Shown: positions 8,776-19,897 of the stretch, piece after piece
How the letters are laid out: every line of letters starts with the position of its first letter
How positions within the stretch are numbered: position 1 is the first letter of the stretch
DNA from: an uncultured delta proteobacterium
GTDB taxonomy: Bacteria > Desulfobacterota > Binatia > UBA9968
Assembly: GCA_963755715.1 (NCBI GenBank)
Contig: CAVWLW010000076.1
Span: 49,413-113,412, forward strand
Reading direction: 5' to 3'
Length of the DNA: 64,000 bases
Program-made: the position numbers and the translations under genes
Notes under the pieces: model-generated
Database searches by the model: none
Told to the model about the DNA's origin: nothing
Seen by the model: the letters and a program-made list of their open reading frames with translations, nothing else

Positions 8776-8806
8776 TTCGTATAGGCGAAAGAAAAAAGTT
8801 TGTCAA
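8776..8806 (-). promoter_or_regulatory. Promoter TTGACA-N17-TATACG with overlapping DtxR-type operator TTCGTATAGGCGAA (8776-8789)
   Basis: Palindromic core between divergent phnD and the DtxR-family gene. Confidence 0.7.
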
Positions 8807-8816
8807 GGCTACGGAA

Positions 8817-9476
8817 GTGCCCCAAGTCAGCCACGCCTTGGAAGACTATCTGAAATCGATCTATCAGCTCGCCGAGGAATCCCAGCCAGTCATCGCCGCG
8901 CGCATCGCCGCCGAAACCGGCGTTTCGCCATCTACTATATTTACCACGCTGCAGCGTTTGGCCCGGGAAGGTTACGTGACGATTAACCGGCATAAGGAGA
9001 TCCATCTCACCCAGGATGGCAAGACGGTGGCGGAGAGAATCGTGCGCCGGCATTTTTTAACCGAACGCTTTCTCACCGACCTGCTCGGACTCGATTGGGT
9101 AAAGGCCCATCAGGAAGCACACCGTTTAGAGCACGCGATTTCTCAGGACGTGGAGGAGCGGCTGGCCAAGTTATTGAGTAATCCGACGACCTGTCCGCAC
9201 GGGAACCCTATCCCGGGGGCGCTAGCGGGGCCAGCACAGAAGACTATTCCGCTCAACGAAGCGTCGGATGGGCAGAGCGTCGAGCTCGATTTCATCACCG
9301 AAGGCGGTGAGCGCGACGTGCGCTTGCTGAGTTTTCTGCAGGAGCATGGCATGCGCCCCGGCGCCAAAGTCCATGTTCTCGACGTGGCCCCTTCGCTCGG
9401 CATGATGACTTTAAAAGTCGGCGCCGACGCGTTTTCTCTAGGGCTTGAAGCGGCGAAGAAAATCCGCGTTCACTAG
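8817..9476 (+). CDS. DtxR/MntR-family metal-dependent repressor with FeoA/SH3 domain
   Basis: EDYLKSIY, RRHFLTERFL, EAHRLEH, CPHGNPIP; GTG 8817 is the likely start (ORF track starts at 8760). Confidence 0.93.
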   Translation: MPQVSHALEDYLKSIYQLAEESQPVIAARIAAETGVSPSTIFTTLQRLAREGYVTINRHKEIHLTQDGKTVAERIVRRHFLTERFLTDLLGLDWVKAHQEAHRLEHAISQDVEERLAKLLSNPTTCPHGNPIPGALAGPAQKTIPLNEASDGQSVELDFITEGGERDVRLLSFLQEHGMRPGAKVHVLDVAPSLGMMTLKVGADAFSLGLEAAKKIRVH

Positions 9477-9647
9477 TGTCCTGACTCAGAAATTCGCAAT
9501 ATAATTCGATCGTCATTCCGGGCAAGCTGGCGCAGCTAGCGCGACCCAGAATCCAGGAATTTCAAAGGCATCTGGATATCGGCGTCCGCCGGTATGACGG
9601 ATAACCGTAAACAACTTGTTTAACGAACTTCCGGGCCAGGACACTAG
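9473..9647. mobile_element. MITE-like element with terminal inverted repeats, containing a GTCATTCC...ATGAC palindromic repeat
   Basis: CTAGTGTCCTGACTCAGAAATTCG ... CGAACTTCCGGGCCAGGACACTAG; no ORF. Confidence 0.7.
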
Positions 9648-9833
9648 CTAGTCTGGCGGGTTGCTGAGAAAAGATGAGGAATGCTTCGAGCGTCTCAGGG
9701 TGACGGAAAATTACCAGCGATATCAATCCCCCTTCTTTGTCCTTGACGGACTCAAAGGGTTCTGATGCCTGTCCAAAGACGCCGAGAGGATTTTGCGATT
9801 TTGCGGAACTGGCTAGGGATTAAGTAGTGAGGA

Positions 9834-10106
9834 CTAGTCCTCGCTGGACGGCACGGCGATGATTGATGATCCCGAGTCGGCCTGACGCTCGGCTAGCTCG
9901 CTGGTGAGAAATTCGATTTGATCGCTGAGACGGGCGTCACGATCGATCAGAATCAGGTCTCGTCCATTCACCCGGCAGCTACCGCTCTTGGCCCGATATC
10001 CTGCCTCGCGTAAGAGTTTCTCGGTGCGCACGTGGATGTTCATGCGTTTGGCGCTGAGGATGAGCTCCTGCAGGCGGGCTTCCTGTCTATTTTTTGGCGC
10101 GACCAT
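9834..10106 (-). CDS. Hypothetical protein (90 aa)
   Basis: ATG ORF divergent from usp; SGSCRVNG...ILIDR motif. Confidence 0.65.
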   Translation of the reverse strand: MVAPKNRQEARLQELILSAKRMNIHVRTEKLLREAGYRAKSGSCRVNGRDLILIDRDARLSDQIEFLTSELAERQADSGSSIIAVPSSED

Positions 10107-10268
10107 GACCTGAGCGGATTATCCATAATATTGCCGCAATTGTAAACCGCGAGGCCAATTTTCTCCTTGCAAAAACGTCCTTCCTTGTTATCGTAACTTT
10201 GCGGATTTGATTGGAAGTTCGAACGGCGCAGGGACGTTTGCGCGCTCGGCAAACGTCAGGAGGTCGGC

Positions 10269-11105
10269 ATGATCAAAAACATTCTTGTCCCTCTGGATGG
10301 TTCGGAACATTCCAAAGCAGCGCTCGATTATGCCATTTGGATTACCGAGAAATTTAATGGCACGCTTTTCGGCCAGCATATTATCGATACGATCTCGATC
10401 GAAGGCACTTTCTTTCACGATATCTCCGGTTCCCTCGGCTTCGAGCCGTATTTGGATTTCTCTAGCAAGATGCGAGAAATCCTCGAGGAGCGGGGCAAAA
10501 CCATTCTCGAAGATTTCGCCGCGCGCTGTGAAAAGAAAGGCATCCGTTACACCGCTCATCTCGATATGGGATTGATCGCCAATGAGATTTGCGAGCGCTC
10601 CAAAGTTGCGGATCTGGTGGTCCTCGGGCATCGCGGCGTCAATGAAGAATTCTCCACCGGACTTTTGGGCACCACCGCGGAAACGATCACGCGCAAGTGT
10701 CCGCGGCCGGTTTTTGTTTCGACAAGACAATTCAAACCGGTCGAAAGCCCGCTGTTGGCTTACGACGGCAGCCAACGCGCGAGTTCGGCGATGGAATCGG
10801 CGGCGGAATTTTGCACGGTGCTGCATTTGCCGCTGACCGTGCTGACGGTTTCCCGCGACGAGTCCGTGATTCGCGCCAATTTACAGCAAGCCAGAGGCTA
10901 TTTGGGCTCCTACCCGATTGATGTGACTTACGAGACCGCGAGCGGTTATCCGGAGCAGAAAATCGTCGAGCAACTGGTTAGCCGCAATCATGACCTGCTA
11001 TTCATCGGCGCGTACGGCCACCGGCGGATCATCGAAATGGTGCTCGGCAGCACGACCGAATACGTGCTGCGTAACGCGCCTTGTCCGGTATTCCTGAATA
11101 GATAG
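10269..11105 (+). CDS. Universal stress protein, tandem Usp domains
   Basis: ILVPLDGS, DLVVLGHRG, LAYDGS, GAYGH...LGSTT. Confidence 0.93.
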   Translation: MIKNILVPLDGSEHSKAALDYAIWITEKFNGTLFGQHIIDTISIEGTFFHDISGSLGFEPYLDFSSKMREILEERGKTILEDFAARCEKKGIRYTAHLDMGLIANEICERSKVADLVVLGHRGVNEEFSTGLLGTTAETITRKCPRPVFVSTRQFKPVESPLLAYDGSQRASSAMESAAEFCTVLHLPLTVLTVSRDESVIRANLQQARGYLGSYPIDVTYETASGYPEQKIVEQLVSRNHDLLFIGAYGHRRIIEMVLGSTTEYVLRNAPCPVFLNR

Positions 11106-11147
11106 GTCAACGGCTCAAAGATTTAAAAGTTCGAGGTTGCTTGACCC

Positions 11148-11954
11148 ATGAAGTTTCTTGCCGCAGCGATTCAGATGCTTGCCACCGACGACAAGGCGGC
11201 CAATCTCAAGGAAGCCAAACACTGGCTGCGCCGGGCCGCGGCCCAGGGCGCGCGCGTGGCCGCGCTGCCGGAGGTTTTTATCTGGCGTGGTAACAAGAAA
11301 TCCGAACGCGAGTCCGCCGAACCGATTCCCGGCCCGACGTCCAACGCGCTGGCCGAGTTGGCGCGTGACCTCGGCATCTATGTTTTAGCCGGCTCGATTC
11401 TCGAAGCGATTCCCGCCAGCCCAAAGGCCTACAATACGAGTTTGCTCTTCGAGCCATCGGGCAAAGTCCTGGCGGCGTATCGCAAGATTCATCTCTTCGA
11501 CGTCGATCTCGCCAACGGCACGTCGCTGCGGGAATCGGCTACACGCGAATTCGGCACTCGCGTCGCGGTCGCCGATATGGGTTTCTGCAAAGCTGGCTTG
11601 TCGGTGTGCTACGATCTGCGGTTTCCCGAGCTCTATCGAGACCTAGCCAAGCAAGACGTGGATTTGATCTTCGTTCCGTCCGCCTTCACGGCATATACTG
11701 GAGAAGCGCATTGGGAAACGCTGCTGCGCGCCCGCGCGATCGAAAACCAAGTCTACATAATCGCGCCGGATCAGTTTGGCAAGAGCGCCAAGAGCTTTGA
11801 AACCCACGGCCACAGCATGATCATCGACCCATGGGGACAGATATTAGCGGAACTTCCCGACGGTCCTGGCATAATTACCGCTGAAATCGACTTGGATTAT
11901 CTCGCCAAAGTGCGCGCCGAGTTGCCGGCGCTCAAACACCGCCGGCTGGTCTGA
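11148..11954 (+). CDS. Carbon-nitrogen hydrolase (Nit1-like deaminated-glutathione amidase)
   Basis: LPE, YRKIHLFD, CYDLRFPE triad motifs. Confidence 0.92.
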   Translation: MKFLAAAIQMLATDDKAANLKEAKHWLRRAAAQGARVAALPEVFIWRGNKKSERESAEPIPGPTSNALAELARDLGIYVLAGSILEAIPASPKAYNTSLLFEPSGKVLAAYRKIHLFDVDLANGTSLRESATREFGTRVAVADMGFCKAGLSVCYDLRFPELYRDLAKQDVDLIFVPSAFTAYTGEAHWETLLRARAIENQVYIIAPDQFGKSAKSFETHGHSMIIDPWGQILAELPDGPGIITAEIDLDYLAKVRAELPALKHRRLV

Positions 11955-11988
11955 GTTCCCATGCAAGTGACCCGCACGGCGCAAAGCC

Positions 11989-12816
11989 ATGATTGAATCT
12001 CTACTGGTGGCTGTAACCAGAGTTTCGACGATGTCGGCCGGGACGATGTTGACCGGCGCCACCGGTTTTTTTTTCGAGCGCGACGACCGGCTTTTTCTTA
12101 TTACGAGCCGTCACGTCGTGTTGGATGAGGCTAGTAATCACCGGCCGGATCGACTGGAAATCGAGCTGCACGTGGATCCGAAAAACATCGCGGTGGTGAC
12201 ACAGATGTCGATTCCGCTTTATCGTGACAACCAGCCGGTTTGGCGCCAGGGTGTCGATTCCGGCGGCAGCGTCGATATCGTCGCCGTGGAGTTGCAACGG
12301 GCGGCGCTGCCGGAGACGATGCTTCTGTCAAGCTTTACTCCGTATCATCTCGTCACCGAGTTCGATCAGATCGAAGTTGGAACTGCCGTGCTGATCGTCG
12401 GGTTTCCCTTGGGCTTTCATGACAACTTGCATCATTTGCCGGTGGCGCGCCAAGCCGTGATCGCGTCGGCATTCGGTATTCGTTTCCAGGGACAAGGATA
12501 TTTCTTGACGGACGCGAGAATGCACCGCGGCACCAGCGGGGCGCCGGTGGTCGCGCGCGTGACCACGGAGCGTTCCGGCCGCGCCGATTTCCCGTGGATG
12601 TTGCTCGGCGTGCACGCCGCGCGTATGGATGTGAGCAACCGCGATATCGACGAGGATGAACGTCTGGATCTGAATTGCGCTTGGTATGCCGACGTTCTTC
12701 TAACGCTGACTGATGAGTCTGGTGTGATGGCAAAGGAAAGACCGTCGGTTAATTTTCCGCGACAAGAAGTGGGCGCAATGAATTGCGCCCCTACGAGAAC
12801 GATGCCATTTCGGTAG
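11989..12816 (+). CDS. Trypsin-like serine protease domain protein
   Basis: TSRHV, D, GTSGAPV catalytic motifs. Confidence 0.8.
   Translation: MIESLLVAVTRVSTMSAGTMLTGATGFFFERDDRLFLITSRHVVLDEASNHRPDRLEIELHVDPKNIAVVTQMSIPLYRDNQPVWRQGVDSGGSVDIVAVELQRAALPETMLLSSFTPYHLVTEFDQIEVGTAVLIVGFPLGFHDNLHHLPVARQAVIASAFGIRFQGQGYFLTDARMHRGTSGAPVVARVTTERSGRADFPWMLLGVHAARMDVSNRDIDEDERLDLNCAWYADVLLTLTDESGVMAKERPSVNFPRQEVGAMNCAPTRTMPFR
12771..12794 (-). repeat. GTAG-type REP palindrome
   Basis: Minus strand GTAGGGGCGCAATTCATTGCGCCC. Confidence 0.65.
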
Positions 12817-13720
12817 TCTCTAGCGGTTCTACGGTCACTTTTACTTCCAGGGTTTGAACCCCGCCGCCGTTGATCACGCCGCGCAACGGCGTGATGTCGG
12901 AGAAATCGCGGCCCCAGCCGATGGTGATATGCTCCAAAGACGGGATCAGGTTATTGGTCGGATCGAGGTCGATCCAGCCACTGCCCGGGACGAATAGAGA
13001 TACCCACGCGTGGGAGACATCGGCGCCGACGCGGCGCGGCTTGCCGGGCGCCGGGCGCGTGAGCAGATAACCGCTCACGTAGCGGGCGGCGAGTCCGTTC
13101 GAGCGCAGGCATGAAATCATGAAATGGGCAAAATCCTGGCACACGCCGCGCTTCTGCGCGAAAAATTTCATCACCGGCGTGGTGACGGTGGTCGCGGCGG
13201 GATCGAATTTAAACTCGCCGTGAATTTTCGCCATCAGCGTCATGGCCGCTTCTAAGATAGGCCGATTGGGTTTGAAGCAATCACTGGCGTAACTACGCAG
13301 ATCTCGTTTGACCCGCGCGTGAGGCGATTCGAAGAGAAACTGCGTCGCTTCCAAAATTGACGGATCGGGACGCCAACCGGCGCGGTAGCGAAGCGCATCG
13401 CGAACCGTTTCCCACGCCGGCGTTTCTAAGGGTTCGATCGGGGTCGCCGCCGTTGTCTCGACGTTGGTGCGAGCGACGATCTCCAAGGCGTTATGAGCTG
13501 ACTCGATGGCAATTTCGATCAGCGGATTGCCGAACGGATCGGTGATTTCGTGCCGCAGGGTCGGCGTCGGCATGATGACGATTTCGTGCGTTTCACTGCG
13601 CTGGCGCGCAAGCGCTCGCGGTGTGAGATGAAGCTGCTGATGGGAGAGCAGCACCGGTTCCGAATAACGGTATGCGGTGTTGTGCTCGACCCGATAGCGG
13701 CGCGCGCCGTTTTGACTCAT
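12791..13720 (-). CDS. Transglutaminase-like protein
   Basis: GVCQDFAH, ARYVSGY, SHAWV, DPTN. Confidence 0.92.
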   Translation of the reverse strand: MSQNGARRYRVEHNTAYRYSEPVLLSHQQLHLTPRALARQRSETHEIVIMPTPTLRHEITDPFGNPLIEIAIESAHNALEIVARTNVETTAATPIEPLETPAWETVRDALRYRAGWRPDPSILEATQFLFESPHARVKRDLRSYASDCFKPNRPILEAAMTLMAKIHGEFKFDPAATTVTTPVMKFFAQKRGVCQDFAHFMISCLRSNGLAARYVSGYLLTRPAPGKPRRVGADVSHAWVSLFVPGSGWIDLDPTNNLIPSLEHITIGWGRDFSDITPLRGVINGGGVQTLEVKVTVEPLETTEMASFS

Positions 13721-16230
13721 GCCGCCACGCTCGTCTGCGGGCGCTCACCGGCGTGAACGAAAAATCGCTGGGTGAGCTCATCGGAAATGCCGTAGGCGGC
13801 GCGTTCGCACGCCGCAAGCAACGCGGAAAGCGGTTCCGCCTGGGATTCGCGCAGTTCTTCCAGATAAGAAAGATCGAAGCCGCGCAGCGCCTGGAGCAAC
13901 GAACGCGGATTGTTCAGCGGCTCGAAGCCGAGCCGTGTTTTGATCAGGTCGAGCTGGCCAGTGAGCGCCGCGAACTGGAAACAAATCGAATGCGGATTCA
14001 ACTCGTCGAGCAGCAGTAGGTCGAGGACCGGCAAGAGCTCGGGCTGGCGCTGGTAGCGCGCCCGGTAGGTCATGCTGATGTTGCCGATTTCCAGCAAGGC
14101 GCCGAGCACCGTTTCGCGATCTTCCTCGGCCAAGCCGAGGATCTGAATCGTGACCGAGCTTAAAAACGCCATGCGTTCAAGCTGTCTTCCGATGACGAGA
14201 AATTGCCAAGCATCGTCCCGCGTCATGTCATCGAATGCGTAGCCGGCAAGCGCGGTGCAGGCGGGAATCACGCTGTCGAGGATCGTCAAAGCCGCTTCCA
14301 AATTTTGCGGCACCGGCTCGTGCATGCGGGCGAGGCGCTGGACGGTGCGCCAATGATCGACCGACATACGATCGCGCAGCTGGGTGGCGCAGTAAAAAAG
14401 CCGCCCCGTGTTGGCTGGAATACCGTTCCGCAACGACGGATCGCCGGCCGCCGCGATCACCCATTCCGGGGTCGCGCCGGCGGGCGGTTTTCTCTTTGCC
14501 GCTTGGCCGGATGTCGGCGCCGATGCAACCTCGCGCAAACGCGCCTTGTCAGCCAAGGCCGTGAGAATCTTGACGATCGCCAAGTGCGACGGATCGCTTT
14601 CCGTTAGTCTTTGAGCGGTGGCGCGGAGCAAACGGCCGACGTTCTCGACGCGCGCGCCGTAGCGACCCATCCAAAACAGATTTTCCACGGCGCGTGACGG
14701 TGAATAAAAACCACCGCGAACGATGTGGCGCGCGCCGAGGCGCGGCAGCAGCAGCGATTGCCATGGCGTCGCGCCGTCGCCCAGGACCCAAACGTCTTTA
14801 CTCGAACCGCCGCGCTGCATGGTGATGACTTCGGTGGCCGATTCGGGCGCGATGCGCGCGAGACCGCCGGGCATGACTTCGTAGCCGTCGCCGTTGGCGG
14901 TGGCATAGAGTCGCAAACCGACCACACGCGGTTCGAACTGTTGCTTCTCGGTTGACCAGGTCGGCGCCTGGGAGAGCCGCACCCACTCCTGCGCCACGAA
15001 GGCGTGCGGCGTGGCGCGCATGCGTTCGGCCAGCGTTTCCTGGCCGGCGCGATCGAGAGTGTGGCCGAAAGTCGGTTCCAATTTCATCGAAGGAAAAGCC
15101 GGTTTGATCACCAGCTCGGGAAGGTGACTGATCGCGTGTTCCAGAGCCGGGGCTTCGCCGCACCACCAGGTCGCCACCGAGGGCAATCTCAACGGTTCGC
15201 CGAGCAATCTGTCGCAAATCGCCGGTAAGAAGCCGGACATCGCCGGTGACTCGAGCACCCCGGAGCCAAGGGCGTTGGCGATCACGATGTGGCCGGCGCG
15301 CGCCGCCGATAGGAGTCCCGCGACGCCGAGCGTCGAATCGGTGCGCAGCGCGGCGGGATCGCAGTATTCATCGTCCAGGCGGCGCAACAGAACATGCACG
15401 CGCTTCAATCCCTGCAAGGTCTTCAGATAGACGCGATTATCGCGCACGGTAAGATCCGAACCTTCGACGAGCGGGTAACCTAAATAACGGGCGAGCAAAA
15501 CATGCTCGAAATAAGTTTCGTTGTACGGACCCGCGGTCAAAAGGGCGACCATCGGCGGCTCGCCGTCGGTGGGCGCCAGCGCCGCCAGTTGTTGTTGTAG
15601 AGTGCGGAAAAAATTTGCCAGGCGTTGCACGCCGAGGGAGCGAAAAATGTTTTCGTACAAAGGCGTGACGATGAGCCGGTTTTGCAGCGCGTAGCCGGCG
15701 CCCGACGGGCCTTGGGTGCGATCGTTGATCACCCACCATCGGCCGTCGGGAGAGCGGGCGAGATCGCAGGCATACAAGTGAAGGTAAGTTTTGCCGTGTG
15801 GTTCGATGCCGCGGCACGGCCAAAGATAATTATTATGCCCATGAATAATCGCCGGCGGGATTAGCCCTTCACTCAGCAAGCGATTTTCACCGTATAAATC
15901 AGCCATCACCCGATTTAATACGCACGCCCGCTGCTCGATCGCGTTGGCGAGGAAATGCCATTCTTCCTTGCCGATCACGAACGGTAAGACATCGACTTCC
16001 CAAGGCCGATCGGCGCCCTGGGGATCGCCATAGATGTTGTAGGTGACGCCGTGCTGCTCGACGGCACGGCGGATGGTTTGCGCGCGGCGGGTGAGGGCGG
16101 CGCGGCTGGCTCGGTGCGCCGCCAGCGCCAGACGCTCCCAGTGGCCGCGCGGACGCCCTTCGGCATCGAAGGCTTCGTCGTAGCGGTCGGGCTTGGGAAC
16201 GTAATTCATAAATGCTGGTGCGCGCGCCAT
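13717..16230 (-). CDS. Circularly permuted type 2 ATP-grasp / alpha-E fusion
   Basis: RRLDDEYCDP, MPGGLAR, GGSSKDVWV then ENLFWMGRY...GRQLER. Confidence 0.92.
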   Translation of the reverse strand: MARAPAFMNYVPKPDRYDEAFDAEGRPRGHWERLALAAHRASRAALTRRAQTIRRAVEQHGVTYNIYGDPQGADRPWEVDVLPFVIGKEEWHFLANAIEQRACVLNRVMADLYGENRLLSEGLIPPAIIHGHNNYLWPCRGIEPHGKTYLHLYACDLARSPDGRWWVINDRTQGPSGAGYALQNRLIVTPLYENIFRSLGVQRLANFFRTLQQQLAALAPTDGEPPMVALLTAGPYNETYFEHVLLARYLGYPLVEGSDLTVRDNRVYLKTLQGLKRVHVLLRRLDDEYCDPAALRTDSTLGVAGLLSAARAGHIVIANALGSGVLESPAMSGFLPAICDRLLGEPLRLPSVATWWCGEAPALEHAISHLPELVIKPAFPSMKLEPTFGHTLDRAGQETLAERMRATPHAFVAQEWVRLSQAPTWSTEKQQFEPRVVGLRLYATANGDGYEVMPGGLARIAPESATEVITMQRGGSSKDVWVLGDGATPWQSLLLPRLGARHIVRGGFYSPSRAVENLFWMGRYGARVENVGRLLRATAQRLTESDPSHLAIVKILTALADKARLREVASAPTSGQAAKRKPPAGATPEWVIAAAGDPSLRNGIPANTGRLFYCATQLRDRMSVDHWRTVQRLARMHEPVPQNLEAALTILDSVIPACTALAGYAFDDMTRDDAWQFLVIGRQLERMAFLSSVTIQILGLAEEDRETVLGALLEIGNISMTYRARYQRQPELLPVLDLLLLDELNPHSICFQFAALTGQLDLIKTRLGFEPLNNPRSLLQALRGFDLSYLEELRESQAEPLSALLAACERAAYGISDELTQRFFVHAGERPQTSVAA

Positions 16231-16356
16231 CGAGAAGCAATTTTATCACATGTCTAGCGAATTTTTCGACGTGAGGTCCGGTGTGGGGCAGCTAAACAAT
16301 CGTCAATCGGCGTGTTAGTTGAAGTCTTCATCGAAGGCGTGCAGCGTAGGCGGCTA

Positions 16357-19300
16357 TTAGACTTTGCGTAGATCGAGGGTGAAGGGAAACTCCGGGTCGG
16401 TGCAGGCTACACCAACGTCCAATTCTCCGGGAGAGTGACCGAAGCGGAAAAAGCGTTCAAGGCGGCGACTTTCGGCCTCAAACGCGTTGACGGGAAAGAC
16501 CTCGTAGTGGCGTCCGCCAGGGTGCATGACGTGGTATTGGCAGCCGCCGAGACTGCGTTTCATCCAGCGGTCGACGATATCGAAGATGAGCGGCGTGTGC
16601 ACGCCGATCGTTGGGTGCAATGCCGAGGGCGGTTGCCACGCTCGATAGCGCACGCCTGCGACGAACTCGCCGACCGTCCCCGTCGATTGCATCGGTAGCG
16701 GCACCTCGTTGCACGTGATCGCGTATCGATCCGGCGGCAGTCCGTTTACTTTGACTTGGATTCTTTCCAGTGACGAGTCGACGTAGCGCGCGGTGCCGCC
16801 AGGGGCGCCCTCCTCGCCCAAGACATGCCAGGGCTCGAGAGCAGCACGCAACTCCAATTCGATGCCGCGCACGGCGTAGTCGCCGTATTTAGGGAAGCGG
16901 AATTCTAAGTGCGGCGCAAACCAGCCGCTATCGAAAGGGTAGCCTGCCTGATTGAGTTCAGTCACGACATCTTCGAAGTCCTGCCAGACGAAGTGCGGCA
17001 GGAGAAAGCGATCATGCAGCTCCGTTCCCCAGCGCACCAAACGTTGCGGCTGATAGGGTGTTTTCCAAAAACGCGAGATCAACGCGCGCAAGAGCAATTG
17101 CTGGGTGAGGCTCATGCGCGCGTGCGGCGGCATCTCGAAGGCGCGCATCTCAAGCAGCCCCAGACGCCCGGTGGCGCTGTCCGGCGAGTAAAGTTTGTCG
17201 ATGCAAAATTCGGCGCGGTGGGTGTTGCCGGTGACGTCGATCAGCAAATTTCTCAGCAGCCGGTCGACCAGCCAGGGCGGGCAACCGTCCGGATGTGAAT
17301 CGGCACGCCGCTCCATTTCGCCAAAGGCGACTTCAATTTCGCGCACCGAATCGTTGCGCGCTTCGTCGATGCGCGGCGCTTGCGAGGTCGGACCGATGAA
17401 GAGGCCGGTGAAGAGATAAGATAGCGAAGGATGGTTGTGCCAATAGCTCAAGAGGCTGCGCAGGAGATCCGGCCGCCTGAGCCAAAGGCGAGTCCGCGGG
17501 CGTGGCACCGCCGAGGGCGAAGTGGTTGCCGCCGCCGGTGCCGGTATGGCGACCGTCGAGCATGAATTTTTCCGTTGCGAGACGGGATTCGCGCGCCGCG
17601 TCGTAAAGAAACGTCGTCCGTTCGGCCAACTCTTCCCAACTCGACGCGGGGTGAATGTTGACCTCGATCACACCGGGGTCGGGCGTGATGCGGAAGTGAA
17701 GCAGACGGGGATCGCGCGGCGGCTCGTAGCCTTCAAACAAAATCGGCTGGTTCATCGCCTCGGCGGTTGCTTCCGCGGCGGCAGCCAGCTCGAGATAGTC
17801 CTCCAGCGCTTCGACGGGCGGCATGAAGACATAGAGAACGCCGTTTCGCGGCTCAGCGCACATGGTCGCACGGGTGATCCACGCCGCGCTTTCATGCCGG
17901 TTCGGCATCCGATCGGTTTTGTCGCCCTGGTCTACGCCGCCGCGACGCTGTGATAGTGCGGTGCTTACGGCTCGTGCCGGGTCGACCTGAAAGTGAATTT
18001 GCGCGTAGCTTGCCAGGGGCGGAAACTGCTGCGTTGGATCAGGCGGGAAGATAACTGGGTAATCACTGGGGCTGGCCCAAGGCTGCGAATCGAGGGGCAG
18101 CCGCAAGCCCATGGGTGAATCTCCGGGAACCAGATAGCAACGATCGGCGCGCAAAAACCAACGTCCACTGCGCCAATGTCCCGTGCGCAAATCGCGCACC
18201 ACCGGCAGCGCATAGCCAGCGACTTCCGTTAAGCCTTGGGTAAAAATGCGCATGAGACGCTCGCGTTCGAGCGGATCTTCGAGCCGCGAATCGAATGGAT
18301 CGACGTTGGCGGGCAAGCGCCGCTCGCGCCACATGTAATAGTAAAGATCTTCATAGCCGGGGAAGACAAAGCTCGGGTCCAAACCGAGCCGCTCGGCGAC
18401 ACCACGGAGAAACTCGCGCGCGGTAGCCTCGGTGGCATCGCCGGCGTGCGTTTCATCGGCGATCAACGCTTCGTCACGCCAGATCGGTTCGCCGTCGGCG
18501 CGCCAGAAACAGTTAAGCGACCAGCGCGGCAACTGCTCGCCCGGATACCATTTGCCCTGTCCGAAGTGAACGAGACTTTGAGCGCCGTACCGTTTGCGCA
18601 GACGATGGTAAAGGTCCGCGGCCAGCCTGCGCTTGCTTGGACCGAGGGCCGCCATATTCCATTCTTCGCCTTCTGGATCATCCATCGATACGAACGTTGG
18701 TTCGCCGCCCATCGTAAGCCTGACATCGTTACGCGTCAGTTCGGCGTCAACGGCGTGACCGAGTTGGTCGATGGCCTGCCACTGTTCCTCTGTGTAGGGT
18801 TTAGTGACGCGGGGCGCTTCCCAGATACGCGCGACCGACATCTCATGCGAAAAACTGACCTCGCACTTGTCGACGGCGCCGGTGACTGGGGATGCCGATC
18901 CCGGTTCCGGCGTGCAGGCAAGCGGCAAGTGGCCTTCGCCTGCGAATAAGCCCGACGTCGGATCGAGACCGATCCAACCCGCGCCAGGCAAGTAAACCTC
19001 AGCCCAGGCATGCAAATCCGTAAAATCTTTTTCCGGCCCGGACGGTCCGTCGAGCGACTTCACATCTGCAGTGAGCTGAATCAGATAGCCCGAGACAAAT
19101 CGCGCAGCCAGCCCCAGATGGCGCAGGAGTTGGACCAGCAGCCAGCCGGAATCGCGACAAGAACCCGAACGCTTGACCAGCGTTTCTTCCGGCGTCTGCA
19201 CGCCGGGTTCGAGCCGGATCAAGTATTTGATGTCCCGCGACAACTGCCGGTTGAGGTCCACGAGAAAATTATTGCTGCGCTTCTTCTCGCGCGAAATGCC

Positions 19301-19696
19301 GCGGAGATAACACTCGAAGAGCGGTGTCAGCGGCTGCCGCTTGAAATACGGTGCCAGCTCATCCCTTTGCCAGGACTCGTACTCGAATGGGAAATACTCA
19401 GCGTGCGGCTCGAGAAAAAAATCGAACGGATTGATGACCGCCATTTCGGCGACGAGGTCGACCTCGATGCGAAATTCATTGGTCGATTCGAGGAAAACCA
19501 AACGCGCCTGATAGTTTGCCTGGGGGTCTTGCTGCCAATTGATGAAGTGCTTCTCGGGAGCGATCCGCAGCGAGTAGCTTAAAATTCGCGAGCGGCAGTG
19601 CGGCGCCGGCCGTAAACGCAGAACTTGTGGACCAAGGTTTACTTGGCGGTCATAGCGATAGTGCGTAACGTGATGGAGCGCAACGTGAATCGACAT
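16357..19696 (-). CDS. Transglutaminase + DUF2126 putative amidoligase (frameshift near 17490)
   Basis: [37 protein letters not shown]; C-terminal ORF 16357-17508. Confidence 0.88.
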
Positions 19697-19897
19697 GATT
19701 TCAAATCCGCGAAACAGCGGCTTCTAATCTAGAGGAGGACTCCGGCACGGTCAAGCAAACGTTGAAGAGAAGGCTCCGGCAAAATTGCCACGAAGCATTG
19801 CACCATGACAAGCACCTTGGCCATCTTGTTCCATGTCGAGAGCACGTCGACGATCGATGAACGCCGGTTAGAGAGTTGGAGGACGCTTTAAGGCCGC

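Noticed and set aside
9655-9800. Second degenerate REP-like element
   Set aside because: Too decayed to define boundaries
17522-19582. Long plus-strand ORFs opposite real genes (also 48226-48996, 41380-42525, 62171-62827 and similar antisense ORFs)
   Set aside because: Shadow ORFs typical of GC-rich coding DNA; no recognisable motifs
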